From Nemertoderma westbladi (lineage: Eukaryota > Animalia > Xenacoelomorpha): a stretch of DNA of 64,000 nt. A program made the translations under genes and the position numbers. Of the stretch, positions 1-11,800 are shown in pieces. The notes below the pieces were generated by a model, which saw only the letters and a list, made by a program, of their open reading frames with translations, ran no database searches and was not told where the DNA came from. Numbering within the stretch: the first letter of the stretch is position 1; every line of letters starts with the position of its first letter. The stretch is from positions 1 to 64,000 of the forward strand of contig JAUCBJ010000359.1 in assembly GCA_032718475.1 (NCBI GenBank), in the 5' to 3' direction.

Positions 1-46
1 GGTCCAAATGTACACAATCTTAGGTCCAAATGTACACAATCTTAGG
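1..46. repeat. 22-bp tandem repeat (GGTCCAAATGTACACAATCTTA x2), probably truncated by the window edge
   Basis: Exact copies at 1-22 and 23-44 followed by GG; lies in the intron downstream of exon 443-289. Confidence 0.8.
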
Positions 47-288
47 AATATATTTTTTTTTTCGAACAGACAATAATTATAGTATATTTGTTTGCTACAC
101 AATAAAAAATTTGAAATAAATAAAAGTAAACAAAACAAAGCACTAGTTCGAACACTAGTGGCTTCCTGAAATATTTCTTCACTTTAGACAAAACTAATTT
201 CATTGTTTATCTCAAAATGACATTTATTGATTTATTGTTTTTTTTTTATCAATGTTTAATAATTATTTTAACTGATTTATTAACTCAC

Positions 289-443
289 TGCACGACATTG
301 GTTCATCTTCGCAGTCCATACATTCGCATTGGTAGTTGCATTCCTCTGTGCAGGTGCCCTCGTTGCATAGAAACTCGTCTGGCGGACAGGTAGGGGGCGG
401 GGTTGTCGGACAATCTGGTAAAAGTGCCTCAGGACAGTCGCAG
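289..443 (-). CDS. Internal coding exon 5 of 5 seen, cysteine-rich LDLa-repeat protein (SCO-spondin/LRP-like)
   Basis: Acceptor ttattctttag| (444-445), donor |GTGAGT (288). 155 bp, phase 2 to phase 1, in frame with the upstream exon. Translates (G)CDCPEALLPDCPTTPPPTCPPDEFLCNEGTCTEECNYQCECMDCEDEPMSC, an LDLa-like unit ending DCEDE. Confidence 0.85.
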
Positions 444-591
444 CTAAAGAATAATTAAACAAATAAACTAAATAGTTTAAACCTATTAGATACTCAACCT
501 TATTTATTGATGACTCTAGACACGATATTAATGTGTCACGGAACATTCACGGCAGATGTTTAGTGCTTATTCTGCTACTAACTATGCTTAC

Positions 592-734
592 CCAGTGCAG
601 TATTCATCCACTTTGACACATTCGCATACATTGTTACATTGACAGAGGAACTCATCAGCAGAGAGACACGTTTGGCAACATTCCTCTGATGATTCGTCTG
701 ACATATCTCCACAATCATCGTGGCCATCGCATTT
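592..734 (-). CDS. Internal coding exon 4 of 5 seen, LDLa-repeat protein
   Basis: Acceptor gtttatttacag| (735-736), donor |GTAAGC (591). 143 bp, phase 0 to phase 2. Translates KCDGHDDCGDMSDESSEECCQTCLSADEFLCQCNNVCECVKVDEYCTG, which contains the canonical LDLa tail CDGxxDCxDxSDE. Confidence 0.9.
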
Positions 735-821
735 CTGTAAATAAACCGGAAAGTTTAGCAAATAAATACCGGGAATCGAATGAACCACGGCGAGTGAGCA
801 TTAATATTTACATAAGCAATA

Positions 822-956
822 ACACAACTTTACATTACACAACTTTACTTTACACAACTTTACTTTACACAACTTTACTTTACACAACTTTACTTTACAC
901 AACTTTACTTTACACAACTTTACTTTACACAACTTTACTTTACACAACTTTACACA
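822..956. repeat. 15-bp intronic minisatellite (TACACAACTTTACTT, about 9 copies)
   Basis: Direct tandem copies are visible; this repeat explains the TTLLY-repeat ORF at 689-964. Confidence 0.95.
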
Positions 957-1326
957 TAACCTAGTCCTTTTGAAAATTATTAAAAATTAAAACATTAAGG
1001 GGAATGAACAGGTTACTGTGTCGGTGTTTTCTAACCAAAACAATAAAGGAAAGTTTATTTAACTTGCGGTTAATTTTCACGCCCTGTAGAACACGTTTTT
1101 ACTTGCGGTCAATGTGCCCCACTATCTGGGACTGGGGATCCAAGGTTAACTGGGAAGCATTGGAAGGGTTTACTGTGGGTAGTATACTCTGAGTACTTTT
1201 GTAATAAATAATTTAATGAGTCTATGCCCTATATAAAATAAAATGTTGACTTAGACACCGAAAGGGAGGAGACAGAAAATAAAAAGTTAATTACCAATAA
1301 TAATATTTATGAAGAGTATAGCTAAC

Positions 1327-1526
1327 CTTCTCAGGAGGTATACAGAATCCCTTAACAGATCCGCACTGGAACATAGTCTGGTTACATATTATTGGGCATG
1401 CATCCGGATCCTCGTCGATATACACCCCTGGTTGGTCGCAATCCGGGATACCATCACAGAGTTTATCGGGAGTCAAACATTTACCGCTTCCTGGGCATTG
1501 GATCATTGGACTAACACATTCCTCGC
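1327..1526 (-). CDS. Internal coding exon 3 of 5 seen, LDLa-repeat protein
   Basis: Acceptor attcatttatag| (1527-1528), donor AAG|GTTAGC (1326). 200 bp, phase 1 to phase 0. Translates (C)EECVSPMIQCPGSGKCLTPDKLCDGIPDCDQPGVYIDEDPDACPIICNQTMFQCGSVKGFCIPPEK: one full LDLa plus the first half of the next, completed by exon 734-592. Confidence 0.9.
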
Positions 1527-1737
1527 CTATAAATGAATATTTATAATTTATTTTTTTGGTTTTATGGGTGAATGAATGGTTTCATCTACGGTAGGGTTGA
1601 GCACAGTTGTGGCAGCATATGATGGTATTGACAGTTGTAAAATTAAGTGTTTGATTGGCAGTTGGGAGGCCATGAGGAGGAAAATTGCGGACATGCAGGG
1701 TATTATTAGATAGTATTTCTAGGTCTATCTTTTACCT

Positions 1738-1810
1738 GAGACGACAGCTGAATGGTTAGAGCGTCAGACTTCCAACCCGGTGGTCACCAGTTCGATGCCG
1801 TCATTGCTGA
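1738..1810 (+). mobile_element. Degenerate tRNA-derived SINE head (or tRNA pseudogene fragment) in an intron
   Basis: A-box/D-arm-like AGCTGAATGGTTAGAGCG (1746-1763) and B-box-like GTTCGATGCC (1790-1799) at tRNA-like spacing. The anticodon and acceptor stems do not pair properly, so it is not a functional tRNA. Confidence 0.6.
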
Positions 1811-1970
1811 CTATGCAAAAGTTGTGCCCAACAAAATGTTATAAAGAAATATGGCATTTAATTAAATCATTATTATCTCTTGCCTATGTTGCATATTTAA
1901 AATTAGAGACAACATTGGTTACAAAAAGTTTAAAAGGGAAGTGATCCCCTTACACAATCTCTATACTTAC

Positions 1971-2087
1971 AGTCATATTCATCGGAATAATCCCAACATC
2001 GGTAGGAGCCATTGCACCTTTGACTCTCGTCGTAACAATGGAATCCATTATCGCAAGGCATTTCGTATGGAGCGCAGGTCGGCACAG
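1971..2087 (-). CDS. Internal coding exon 2 of 5 seen, a single LDLa module (missing from the ORF track)
   Basis: Acceptor ctgtatttttcag| (2088-2089), donor |GTAAGT (1970). 117 bp, symmetric phase 1-1, typical of LDLa exons. Translates (T)VPTCAPYEMPCDNGFHCYDESQRCNGSYRCWDYSDEYD(C). Confidence 0.9.
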
Positions 2088-2639
2088 CTGAAAAATACAG
2101 GTATGGAAAATTACAATATAGAATAATTAAGTTTTAAAGTTAATTCTATTTCATTCGTGAGCAAATAACACAAATGGAAGGCTGTGGTAACAGTAGTAGT
2201 ACTCTATGGTTACTTTGGTGCGTGGTAATCCTGCAAGCCTCTGGCGACAACATAAATGTCGCAAAAACGGACACACACATTTTATTTTTAAAGTTTTATG
2301 TATTCTGACATATTAGTGCGGTAATAATGTAGTGTCAATATATATGTGTACAGCACAGCACTATAGTAGGGCATTCCATCCAATGGCGATGCTGCTTCTG
2401 ACGCTTATTTCCCATCAACCATAAACGACGGTTGGCCCCACCCATACTGCCTCTGTTAATTTTATACTGTAATTTTAATTGAGTTTCGGAAAATAAAAGA
2501 AATAATATTAATAAAAGAACCACAAAATGAGCTTATAATTCGGTACTATTATAAGCCTACTGAAAGAATACAGTCAGTAGCCCAGCCTTTAGTGACTATC
2601 TATCTCATAGAGACTTAGTCTCTATGACTCTATACATAC

Positions 2640-2792
2640 TGCAGTTCTGTTCACCGACTCCCTCTGCGCAGTCAGGGTAACCATCGCAATAGAAATGATC
2701 TGGACATTTAGTTGGTGGGCAATCTTTCTTCTGACAGTCGAATGCAGCATTCCGACAATGGCAGTCCTCGCAATCGAAATAGAGAACGCTAC
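2640..2792 (-). CDS. Internal coding exon 1 of 5 seen, vWC/TILa-like motif plus LDLa-like half module
   Basis: Acceptor tactaatattttgccattacag| (2793-2794), donor |GTATGT (2639). 153 bp, phase 1-1. Translates (xGT)SVLYFDCEDCHCRNAAFDCQKKDCPPTKCPDHFYCDGYPDCAEGVGEQNC. An in-frame TAA lies six codons upstream of the acceptor with no ATG in between, so more exons must lie beyond the array. Confidence 0.85.
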
Positions 2793-2814
2793 CTGTAATG
2801 GCAAAATATTAGTA
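2793..2814 (-). promoter_or_regulatory. 3' splice site of exon 2792-2640 (branch-point-like TACTAAT, U-rich tract, CAG)
   Basis: Minus strand reads TACTAATATTTTGCCATTACAG|GT. The CTRAY branch A is at -17 (position 2809). This acceptor gives the frame that joins all downstream exons. Confidence 0.75.
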
Positions 2815-5800
2815 AATTAGAGAACGCTACCTATAAGGCAAAATATTAGTAAAATAGAGAACGCTACCTATAATGGCAAAATATTAGTAAAATAGAGAAC
2901 GCTACCTGTAATGGCAAAATATTAGTAAAATAGAGAACGCTACCTGTAATGGCAAAATATTAGTAAAATAGAGAACGCTACCTATAATGGGAAAATATTA
3001 GTAAAATAGAGAACGCTACCTATAATGGCAAAATATTAGTAAAATAGAGAACGCTACCTATAATGGCAAAATATTAGTAAAATAGAAAACGCTACCTATA
3101 ATGGAAAAATATTAGTAAAATAGAGAACGCTACCTATAATGGCAAAATAATAGTAAAATAGAGAACGCCATAGAATGGCAAAATATTAGTAAAATAGAGA
3201 ACGCTACCTATAATGGCAAAATATTAGTAAAATAGAGAACGCTACCTATAAGGCAAAATATTAGTAAAATAGAGAACGCTACCTGTAATGGCAAAATATT
3301 AGTAAAATAGAGAACGCTACCTATAATGGCAAAATATTTGTAAAATAGAGAACGCTACCTATAATGGCAAAATATTAGTAAAATAGAGAACGCTACCTAT
3401 AATGGCAAAATATTAGTAAAATAGAGAACGCTACCTATAATGGCAAAATAATAGTAAAATAGAGAACGCTACCTATAATGGGAAAATATTAGTAAAATAG
3501 AGAACGCTACCTGTAATGGCCAAATATTAGTAAAATAGAGAACGCTACCTGTAATGGCAAAATATTAGTAAAATAGAGAACGCTACCTGTAATGGCAAAA
3601 TATTAGTAAAATAGAGAACGCTACCTATAATGGGAAAATATTAGTAAAATAGAGAACGCTACCTATAATGGCAAAATATTAGTAAAATAGAGAACGCTAC
3701 CTATAATGGCAAAATATTAGTAAAATAGAAAACGCTACCTATAATGGAAAAATATTAGTAAAATAGAGAACGCTACCTATAATGGCAAAATATTAGTAAA
3801 ATAGAGAACGCTACCTATAATGGCAAAATATTAGTAAAATAGAGAACGCTACCTATAATGGGAAAATATTAGTAAAATAGAGAACGCTACCAATAATGGC
3901 AAAATATTAGTAAAATAGAGAACGCTACCTATAATGGCAAAATAATAGTAAAATAGAGAACGCCATAGAATGGCAAAATATTAGTAAAATAGAGAACGCT
4001 ACCTATAATGGCAAAATATTAGTAAAATAGAGAACGCTACCTATAAGGCAAAATATTAGTAAAATAGAGAACGCTACCTGTAATGGCAAAATATTAGTAA
4101 AATAGAGAACGCTACCTATAATGGCAAAATATTTGTAAAATAGAGAACGCTACCTATAATGGGAAAATATTAGTAAAATAGAGAACGCTACCTATAATGG
4201 CAAAATAATAGTAAAATAGAGAACGCCATAGAATGGCAAAATATTAGTAAAATAGAGAACGCTACCTATAATGGCAAAATATTAGTAAAATAGAGAACGC
4301 TACCTATAAGGCAAAATATTAGTAAAATAGAGAACGCTACCTGTAATGGCAAAATATTAGTAAAATAAAGAACGCTACCTATAATGGCAAAATATTTGTA
4401 AAATAGAGAACGCTACCTATAATGGCAAAATATTAGTAAAATAGAGAACGCTACCTATAATGGCAAAATATTAGTAAAATAGAAAACGCTACCTATAATG
4501 GAAAAATATTAGTAAAATAGAGAACGCTACCTATAATGGCAAAATAATAGTAAAATAGAGAACGCCATAGAATGGCAAAATATTCGTAAAATAGAGAACG
4601 CTACCTATAATGGCAAAATATTAGTAAAATAGAGAACGCTACCTATAATGGCAAAATATTAGTAAAATAGAAAACGCTACCTATAATGGCAAAATATTAG
4701 TAAAATAGAGAACGCTACCTATAAGGCAAAATATTAGTAAAATAGAGAACGCTACCTGTAATGGCAAAATATTAGTAAAATAGAGAACGCTACCTATAAT
4801 GGCAAAATATTCGTAAAACAGAGAACGCTACCTATAAGGCAAAATATTAGTAAAATAGAGAACGCTACCTGTAATGGCAAAATATTAGTAAAATAGAGAA
4901 CGCTACCTATAATGGCAAAATATTCGTAAAATAGAGAACGCTACCTATAATGGGAAAATATTAGTAAAATAGAGAACGCTACCTATAATGGCAAAATATT
5001 AGTAAAATAGAGAACGCTACCTGTAATGGCAAAATAAAAGTAAAATAGAGAACGCCCTAGAATGGCAAAATATTCGTAAAATAGAGAACGCTACCTATAA
5101 TGGGAAAATATTAGTAAAATAGAGAACGCTACCTATAATGGCAAAATATTAGTAAAATAGAGAACGCTACCTATAATGGCAAAATATTAGTAAAATAGAA
5201 AACGCTACCTATAATGGAAAAATATTAGTAAAATAGAGAACGCTACCTATAATGGCAAAATATTAGTAAAATAGAGAACGCTACCTATAATGGCAAAATA
5301 TTAGTAAAATATAGAACGCTACCTATAATGGGAAAATATTAGTAAAATAGAGAACGCTACCTATAATGGCAAAATATTAGTAAAATAGAGAACGCTACCT
5401 ATAATGGCAAAATAATAGTAAAATAGAGAACGCCATAGAATGGCAAAATATTAGTAAAATAGAGAACGCTACCTATAATGGCAAAATATTAGTAAAATAG
5501 AGAACGCTACCTATAAGGCAAAATATTAGTAAAATAGAGAACGCTACCTGTAATGGCAAAATATTAGTAAAATAGAGAACGCTACCTATAATGGCAAAAT
5601 ATTTGTAAAATAGAGAACGCTACCTATAATGGGAAAATATTAGTAAAATAGAGAACGCTACCTATAATGGCAAAATAATAGTAAAATAGAGAACGCCATA
5701 GAATGGCAAAATATTAGTAAAATAGAGAACGCTACCTATAATGGCAAAATATTAGTAAAATATAGAACGCTACCTATAAGGCAAAATATTAGTAAAATAG

Positions 5801-8800
5801 AGAACGCTACCTGTAATGGCAAAATATTAGTAAAATAAAGAACGCTACCTATAATGGCAAAATATTTGTAAAATAGAGAACGCTACCTATAATGGCAAAA
5901 TATTAGTAAAATAGAGAACGCTACCTATAATGGCAAAATATTAGTAAAATAGAAAACGCTACCTATAATGGAAAAATATTAGTAAAATAGAGAACGCTAC
6001 CTATAATGGCAAAATAATAGTAAAATAGAGAGCGCCATAGAATGGCAAAATATTCGTAAAATAGAGAACGCTACCTATAATGGCAAAATATTAGTAAAAT
6101 AGAGAACGCTACCTATAATGGCAAAATATTAGTAAAATAGAGAACGCAACCTATAATGGGAAAATAATAGTAAAATAGAGAGCGCCATAGAATGGCAAAA
6201 TATTCGTAAAATAGAGAACGCTACCTATAATGGCAAAATATTAGTAAAATAGAAAACGCTACCTATAATGGCAAAATATTAGTAAAATAGAGAACGCTAC
6301 CTATAAGGCAAAATATTAGTAAAATAGAGAACGCTACCTGTAATGGCAAAATATTAGTAAAATAGAGAACGCTACCTATAATGGCAAAATATTAGTAAAA
6401 TAGAGAACGCTACCTATAAGGCAAAATATTAGTAAAATAGAGAACGCTACCTGTAATGGCAAAATATTAGTAAAATAGAGAACGCTACCTATAATGGCAA
6501 AATATTCGTAAAATAGAGAACGCTACCTATAATGGGAAAATATTAGTAAAATAGAGAACGCTACCTATAATGGCAAAATATTAGTAAAATAGAGAACGCT
6601 ACCTGTAATGGCAAAATAAAAGTAAAATAGAGAACGCCATAGAATGGCAAAATATTCGTAAAATAGAGAACGCTACCTATAATGGGAAAATATTAGTAAA
6701 ATAGAGAACGCTACCTATAATGGCAAAATATTAGTAAAATAGAGAACGCTACCTATAATGGCAAAATATTAGTAAAATAGAAAACGCTACCTATAATGGA
6801 AAAATATTAGTAAAATAGAGAATGCTACCTATAATGGCAAAATAATAGTAAAATAGAGAACGCTACCTATAATGGGAAAATATTAGTAAAATAGAGAACG
6901 CTACCTATAATGGCAAAATATTAGTAAAATAGAGAACGCTACCTATAATGGCAAAATATTAGTAAAATAGAGAACGCTACCTATAATGGCAAAATAATAG
7001 TAAAATAGAGAACGCTACCTATAATGGGAAAATATTAGTAAAATAGAGAACGCTACCTATAATGGCAAAATATTAGTAAAATAGAGAACGCTACCTATAA
7101 GGCAAAATATTAGTAAAATAGAGAACGCTACCTAGTAATGGCAAAATATTAGTAAAATAGAGAACGCTACCTATAATGGGAAAATATTAGTAAAATAGAG
7201 AACGCTACCTATAATGGCAAAATATTAGTAAAATAGAGAACGCTACCTATAATGGCAAAATAATACAGTAGTAAAATAGAGAACGCCATAGAATGGCAAA
7301 ATATTAGTAAAATAGAGAACGCTACCTATAATGGCAAAATATTAGTAAAATAGAGAACGCTACCTATAAGGCAAAATATTAGTAAAATAGAGAACGCTAC
7401 CTGTAATGGCAAAATATTAGTAAAATAAAGAACGCTACCTATAATGGCAAAATATTTGTAAAATAGAGAACGCTACCTATAATGGCAAAATATTAGTAAA
7501 ATAGAGAACGCTACCTATAATGGCAAAATATTAGTAAAATAGAAAACGCTACCTATAATGGAAAAATATTAGTAAAATAGAGAACGCTACCTATAATGGC
7601 AAAATAATAGTAAAATAGAGAGCGCCATAGAATGGCAAAATATTCGTAAAATAGAGAACGCTACCTATAATGGCAAAATATTAGTAAAATAGAGAACGCT
7701 ACCTATAATGGCAAAATATTAGTAAAATAGAGAACGCAACCTATAATGGGAAAATAATAGTAAAATAGAGAGCGCCATAGAATGGCAAAATATTCGTAAA
7801 ATAGAGAACGCTACCTATAATGGCAAAATATTAGTAAAATAGAAAACGCTACCTATAATGGCAAAATATTAGTAAAATAGAGAACGCTACCTATAAGGCA
7901 AAATATTAGTAAAATAGAGAACGCTACCTGTAATGGCAAAATATTAGTAAAATAGAGAACGCTACCTATAATGGCAAAATATTAGTAAAATAGAGAACGC
8001 TACCTATAAGGCAAAATATTAGTAAAATAGAGAACGCTACCTGTAATGGCAAAATATTAGTAAAATAGAGAACGCTACCTATAATGGCAAAATATTCGTA
8101 AAATAGAGAACGCTACCTATAATGGGAAAATATTAGTAAAATAGAGAACGCTACCTATAATGGCAAAATATTAGTAAAATAGAGAACGCTACCTGTAATG
8201 GCAAAATAAAAGTAAAATAGAGAATGCCATAGAATGGCAAAATATTCGTAAAATAGAGAACGCTACCTATAATGGGAAAATATTAGTAAAATAGAGAACG
8301 CTACCTATAATGGCAAAATATTAGTAAAATAGAGAACGCTACCTATAATGGCAAAATATTAGTAAAATAGAAAACGCTACCTATAATGGAAAAATATTAG
8401 TAAAATAGAGAATGCTACCTATAATGGCAAAATAATAGTAAAATAGAGAACGCTACCTATAATGGGAAAATATTAGTAAAATAGAGAACGCTACCTATAA
8501 TGGCAAAATATTAGTAAAATAGAGAACGCTACCTATAATGGCAAAATATTAGTAAAATAGAGAACGCTACCTGTAATGGCAAAATATTAGTAAAATAGAG
8601 AACGCTACCTGTAATGGCAAAATAATAGTAAAATAGAGAACACTACCTATAATGGCAAAATAATAGTAAAATAGAGAACGCTACCTATAATGGGAAAATA
8701 TTAGTAAAATAGAGAACGCTACCTATAATGGCAAAATATTAGTAAAATAGAGAACGCTACCTATAAGGCAAAATATTAGTAAAATAGAGAACGCTACCTG

Positions 8801-11800
8801 TAATGGCAAAATAATAGTAAAATAGAGAACGCCATAGAATGGCAAAATATTCGTAAAATAGAGAACGCTACCTATAATGGGAAAATATTAGTAAAATAGA
8901 GAACGCTACCTGTAATGGCAAAATAATAGTAAAATAGAGAACACCATAGAATGGCAAAATATTCGTAAAATAGAGAACGCTACCTATAATGGGAAAATAT
9001 TAGTAAAATATAAAACGCTACCTATAATGGGAAAATATTAGTAAAATAGAGAACGCTACCTATAATGGGAAAATATTAGTAAAATAGAGAACGCTACCTA
9101 TAATGGCAAAATATTAGTAAAATAGAGAACGCTACCTATAATGGCAAAATAATACAGTAGTAAAATAGAGAACGCCATAGAATGGCAAAATATTAGTAAA
9201 ATAGAGAACGCTACCTATAATGGCAAAATATTAGTAAAATAGAGAACGCTACCTATAAGGCAAAATATTATTAAAATAGAGAACGTTACCTGTAATGGCA
9301 AAATATTAGTAAAATAGAGAACGCTACCTATAATGGCAAAATATTTGTAAAATAGAGAACGCTACCTATAATGGGAAAATATTAGTAAAATAGAGAACGC
9401 TACCTATAATGGCAAAATAATAGTAAAATAGAGAACGCCATAGAATGGCAAAATATTAGTAAAATAGAGAACGCTACCTATAATGGCAAAATATTAGTAA
9501 AATAGAGAACGCTACCTATAAGGCAAAATATTAGTAAAATAGATAACGCTACCTGTAATGGCAAAATATTAGTAAAATAGAGAACGCTACCTATAATGGC
9601 AAAATATTTGTAAAATAGAGAACGCTACCTATAATGGCAAAATATTAGTAAAATAGAGAACGCTACCTATAATGGCAAAATATTAGTAAAATAGAAAACG
9701 TTACCTATAATGGAAAAATATTAGTAAAATAGAGAACGCTACCTATAATGGCAAAATAATAGTAAAATAGAGAACGCCATAGAATGGCAAAATATTCGTA
9801 AAATAGAGAACGCTACCTATAATGGCAAAATATTAGTAAAATAGAGAACGCTACCTATAATGGCAAAATATTAGTAAAATAGAAAACGCTACCTATAATG
9901 GCAAAATATTAGTAAAATAGAGAACGCTACCTATAAGGCAAAATATTAGTAAAATAGAGAACGCTACCTGTAATGGCAAAATATTAGTAAAATAGAGAAC
10001 GCTACCTATAATAGCAAAATATTCGTAACATAGAGAACGCTACCTATAATGGGAAAATGTTAGTAAAATAGAGAACGCTACCTATAATGGCAAAATATTA
10101 GTAAAATAGAGAACGCTACCTGTAATGGCAAAATAAAAGTAAAATAGAGAACGCCATAGAATGGCAAAATATTCGTAAAATAGAGAACGCTACCTATAAT
10201 GGGAAAATATTAGTAAAATAGAGAACGCTACCTATAATGGCAAAATATTAGTAAAATAGAGAACGCTACCTATAATGGCAAAATATTAGTAAAATAGAAA
10301 ACGCTACCTATAATGGAAAAATATTAGTAAAATAGAGAACGCTACCTATAATGGCAAAATAATAGTAAAATAGAGAACGCTACCTATAATGGGAAAATAT
10401 TAGTAAAATAGAGAACGCTACCTATAATGGCAAAATATTAGTAAAATAGAGAACGCTACCTATAATGGCAAAATATTAGTAAAATAGAGAACGCTACCTG
10501 TAATGGCAAAATATTAGTAAAATAGAGAACGCTACCTGTAATGGCAAAATAATAGTAAAATAGAGAACGCTACCTATAATGGCAATATAATAGTAAAATA
10601 GAGAACGCTACCTATAATGGGAAAATATTAGTAAAATAGAGAACGCTACCTATAATGGCAAAATATTAGTAAAATAGAGAACGCTACCTATAAGGCAAAA
10701 TATTAGTAAAATAGAGAACGCTACCTGTAATGGCAAAATAATAGTAAAATAGAGAACGCCATAGAATGGCAAAATATTCGTAAAATAGAGAACGCTACCT
10801 ATAATGGGAAAATATTAGTAAAATAGAGAACGCTACCTGTAATGGCAAAATAATAGTAAAATAGAGAATGCCATAGAATGGCAAAATATTCGTAAAATAG
10901 AGAACGCTACCTATAATGGGAAAATATTAGTAAAATAGAGAACGCTACCTGTAATGGCAAAATAATAGTAAAATAGAGAACGCCATAGAATGGCAAAATA
11001 TTCGTAAAATAGAGAACGCTACCTATAATGGGAAAATATTAGTAAAATAGAGAACGCTACCTGTAATGGCAAAATAATAGTAAAATAGAGAACGCCATAG
11101 AATGGCAAAATATTCGTAAAATAGAGAACGCTACATATAATGGCAAAATAATAGTAAAATAGAGAACGCCATAGAATGGCAAAATATTAGTAAAATAGAG
11201 AATGCTACCTATAATAGCAAAATAATAGTAAAATAGAGAACGCCATAGAATGGCAAAATATTCGTAAAATAGAGAACGCTACCTATAATGGGAAAATATT
11301 AGTAAAATAGAGAACGCTACCTGTAATGGCAAAATAATAGTAAAATAGAGAACGCCATAGAATGGCAAAATATTCGTAAAATAGAGAACGCTACCTATAA
11401 TGGGAAAATATTAGTAAAATAGAGAACGCTACCTGTAATGGCAAAATAATAGTAAAATAGAGAACGCCATAGAATGGCAAAATATTCGTAAAATAGAGAA
11501 CGCTACCTATAATGGGAAAATATTAGTAAAATAGAGAACGCTACCTGTAATGGCAAAATATTAGTAAAATAGAGAACGCTACCTATAATGGCAAAATATT
11601 AGTAAATTAGAGAATGCTACCTATAATGGCAAAATATTAGTAAAATAGAGAACGCTACCTATAAGGCAAAATATTAGTAAATTAGAGAACGCTACCTATA
11701 ATGGCAAAATATTAGTAAAATAGAGAACGCTACCTATAATGGCAAAATATTAGTAAAATAGAGAACGCTACCTATAATGGCAAAATAATAGTAAAATAGA

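Noticed and set aside
141-160. Short inverted repeat CACTAGT-TCGAAC-ACTAGTG as a Helitron end or terminator
   Set aside because: Only a 7-bp stem, with no other supporting element features.
689-964. 91-aa ORF with TTLLY repeats
   Set aside because: Produced by the 15-bp minisatellite and overlaps a real exon on the opposite strand.
1738-1810. Functional tRNA gene
   Set aside because: A and B boxes are present but the stems do not pair into a cloverleaf; treated as a SINE or pseudogene fragment.
2340-2460. Higher-GC intronic patch as an extra exon or repeat fragment
   Set aside because: No convincing splice sites or cysteine-rich frame, and the flanking exons already join in phase. It may be an unrecognised repeat but cannot be supported from the sequence alone.
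280-2804. ORF-track calls 280-546, 1004-1192, 1309-1536, 1941-2126, 2335-2523 and 2622-2804
   Set aside because: Wrong-frame or antisense overlaps of the true exons, or short intronic ORFs with no recognisable domain.
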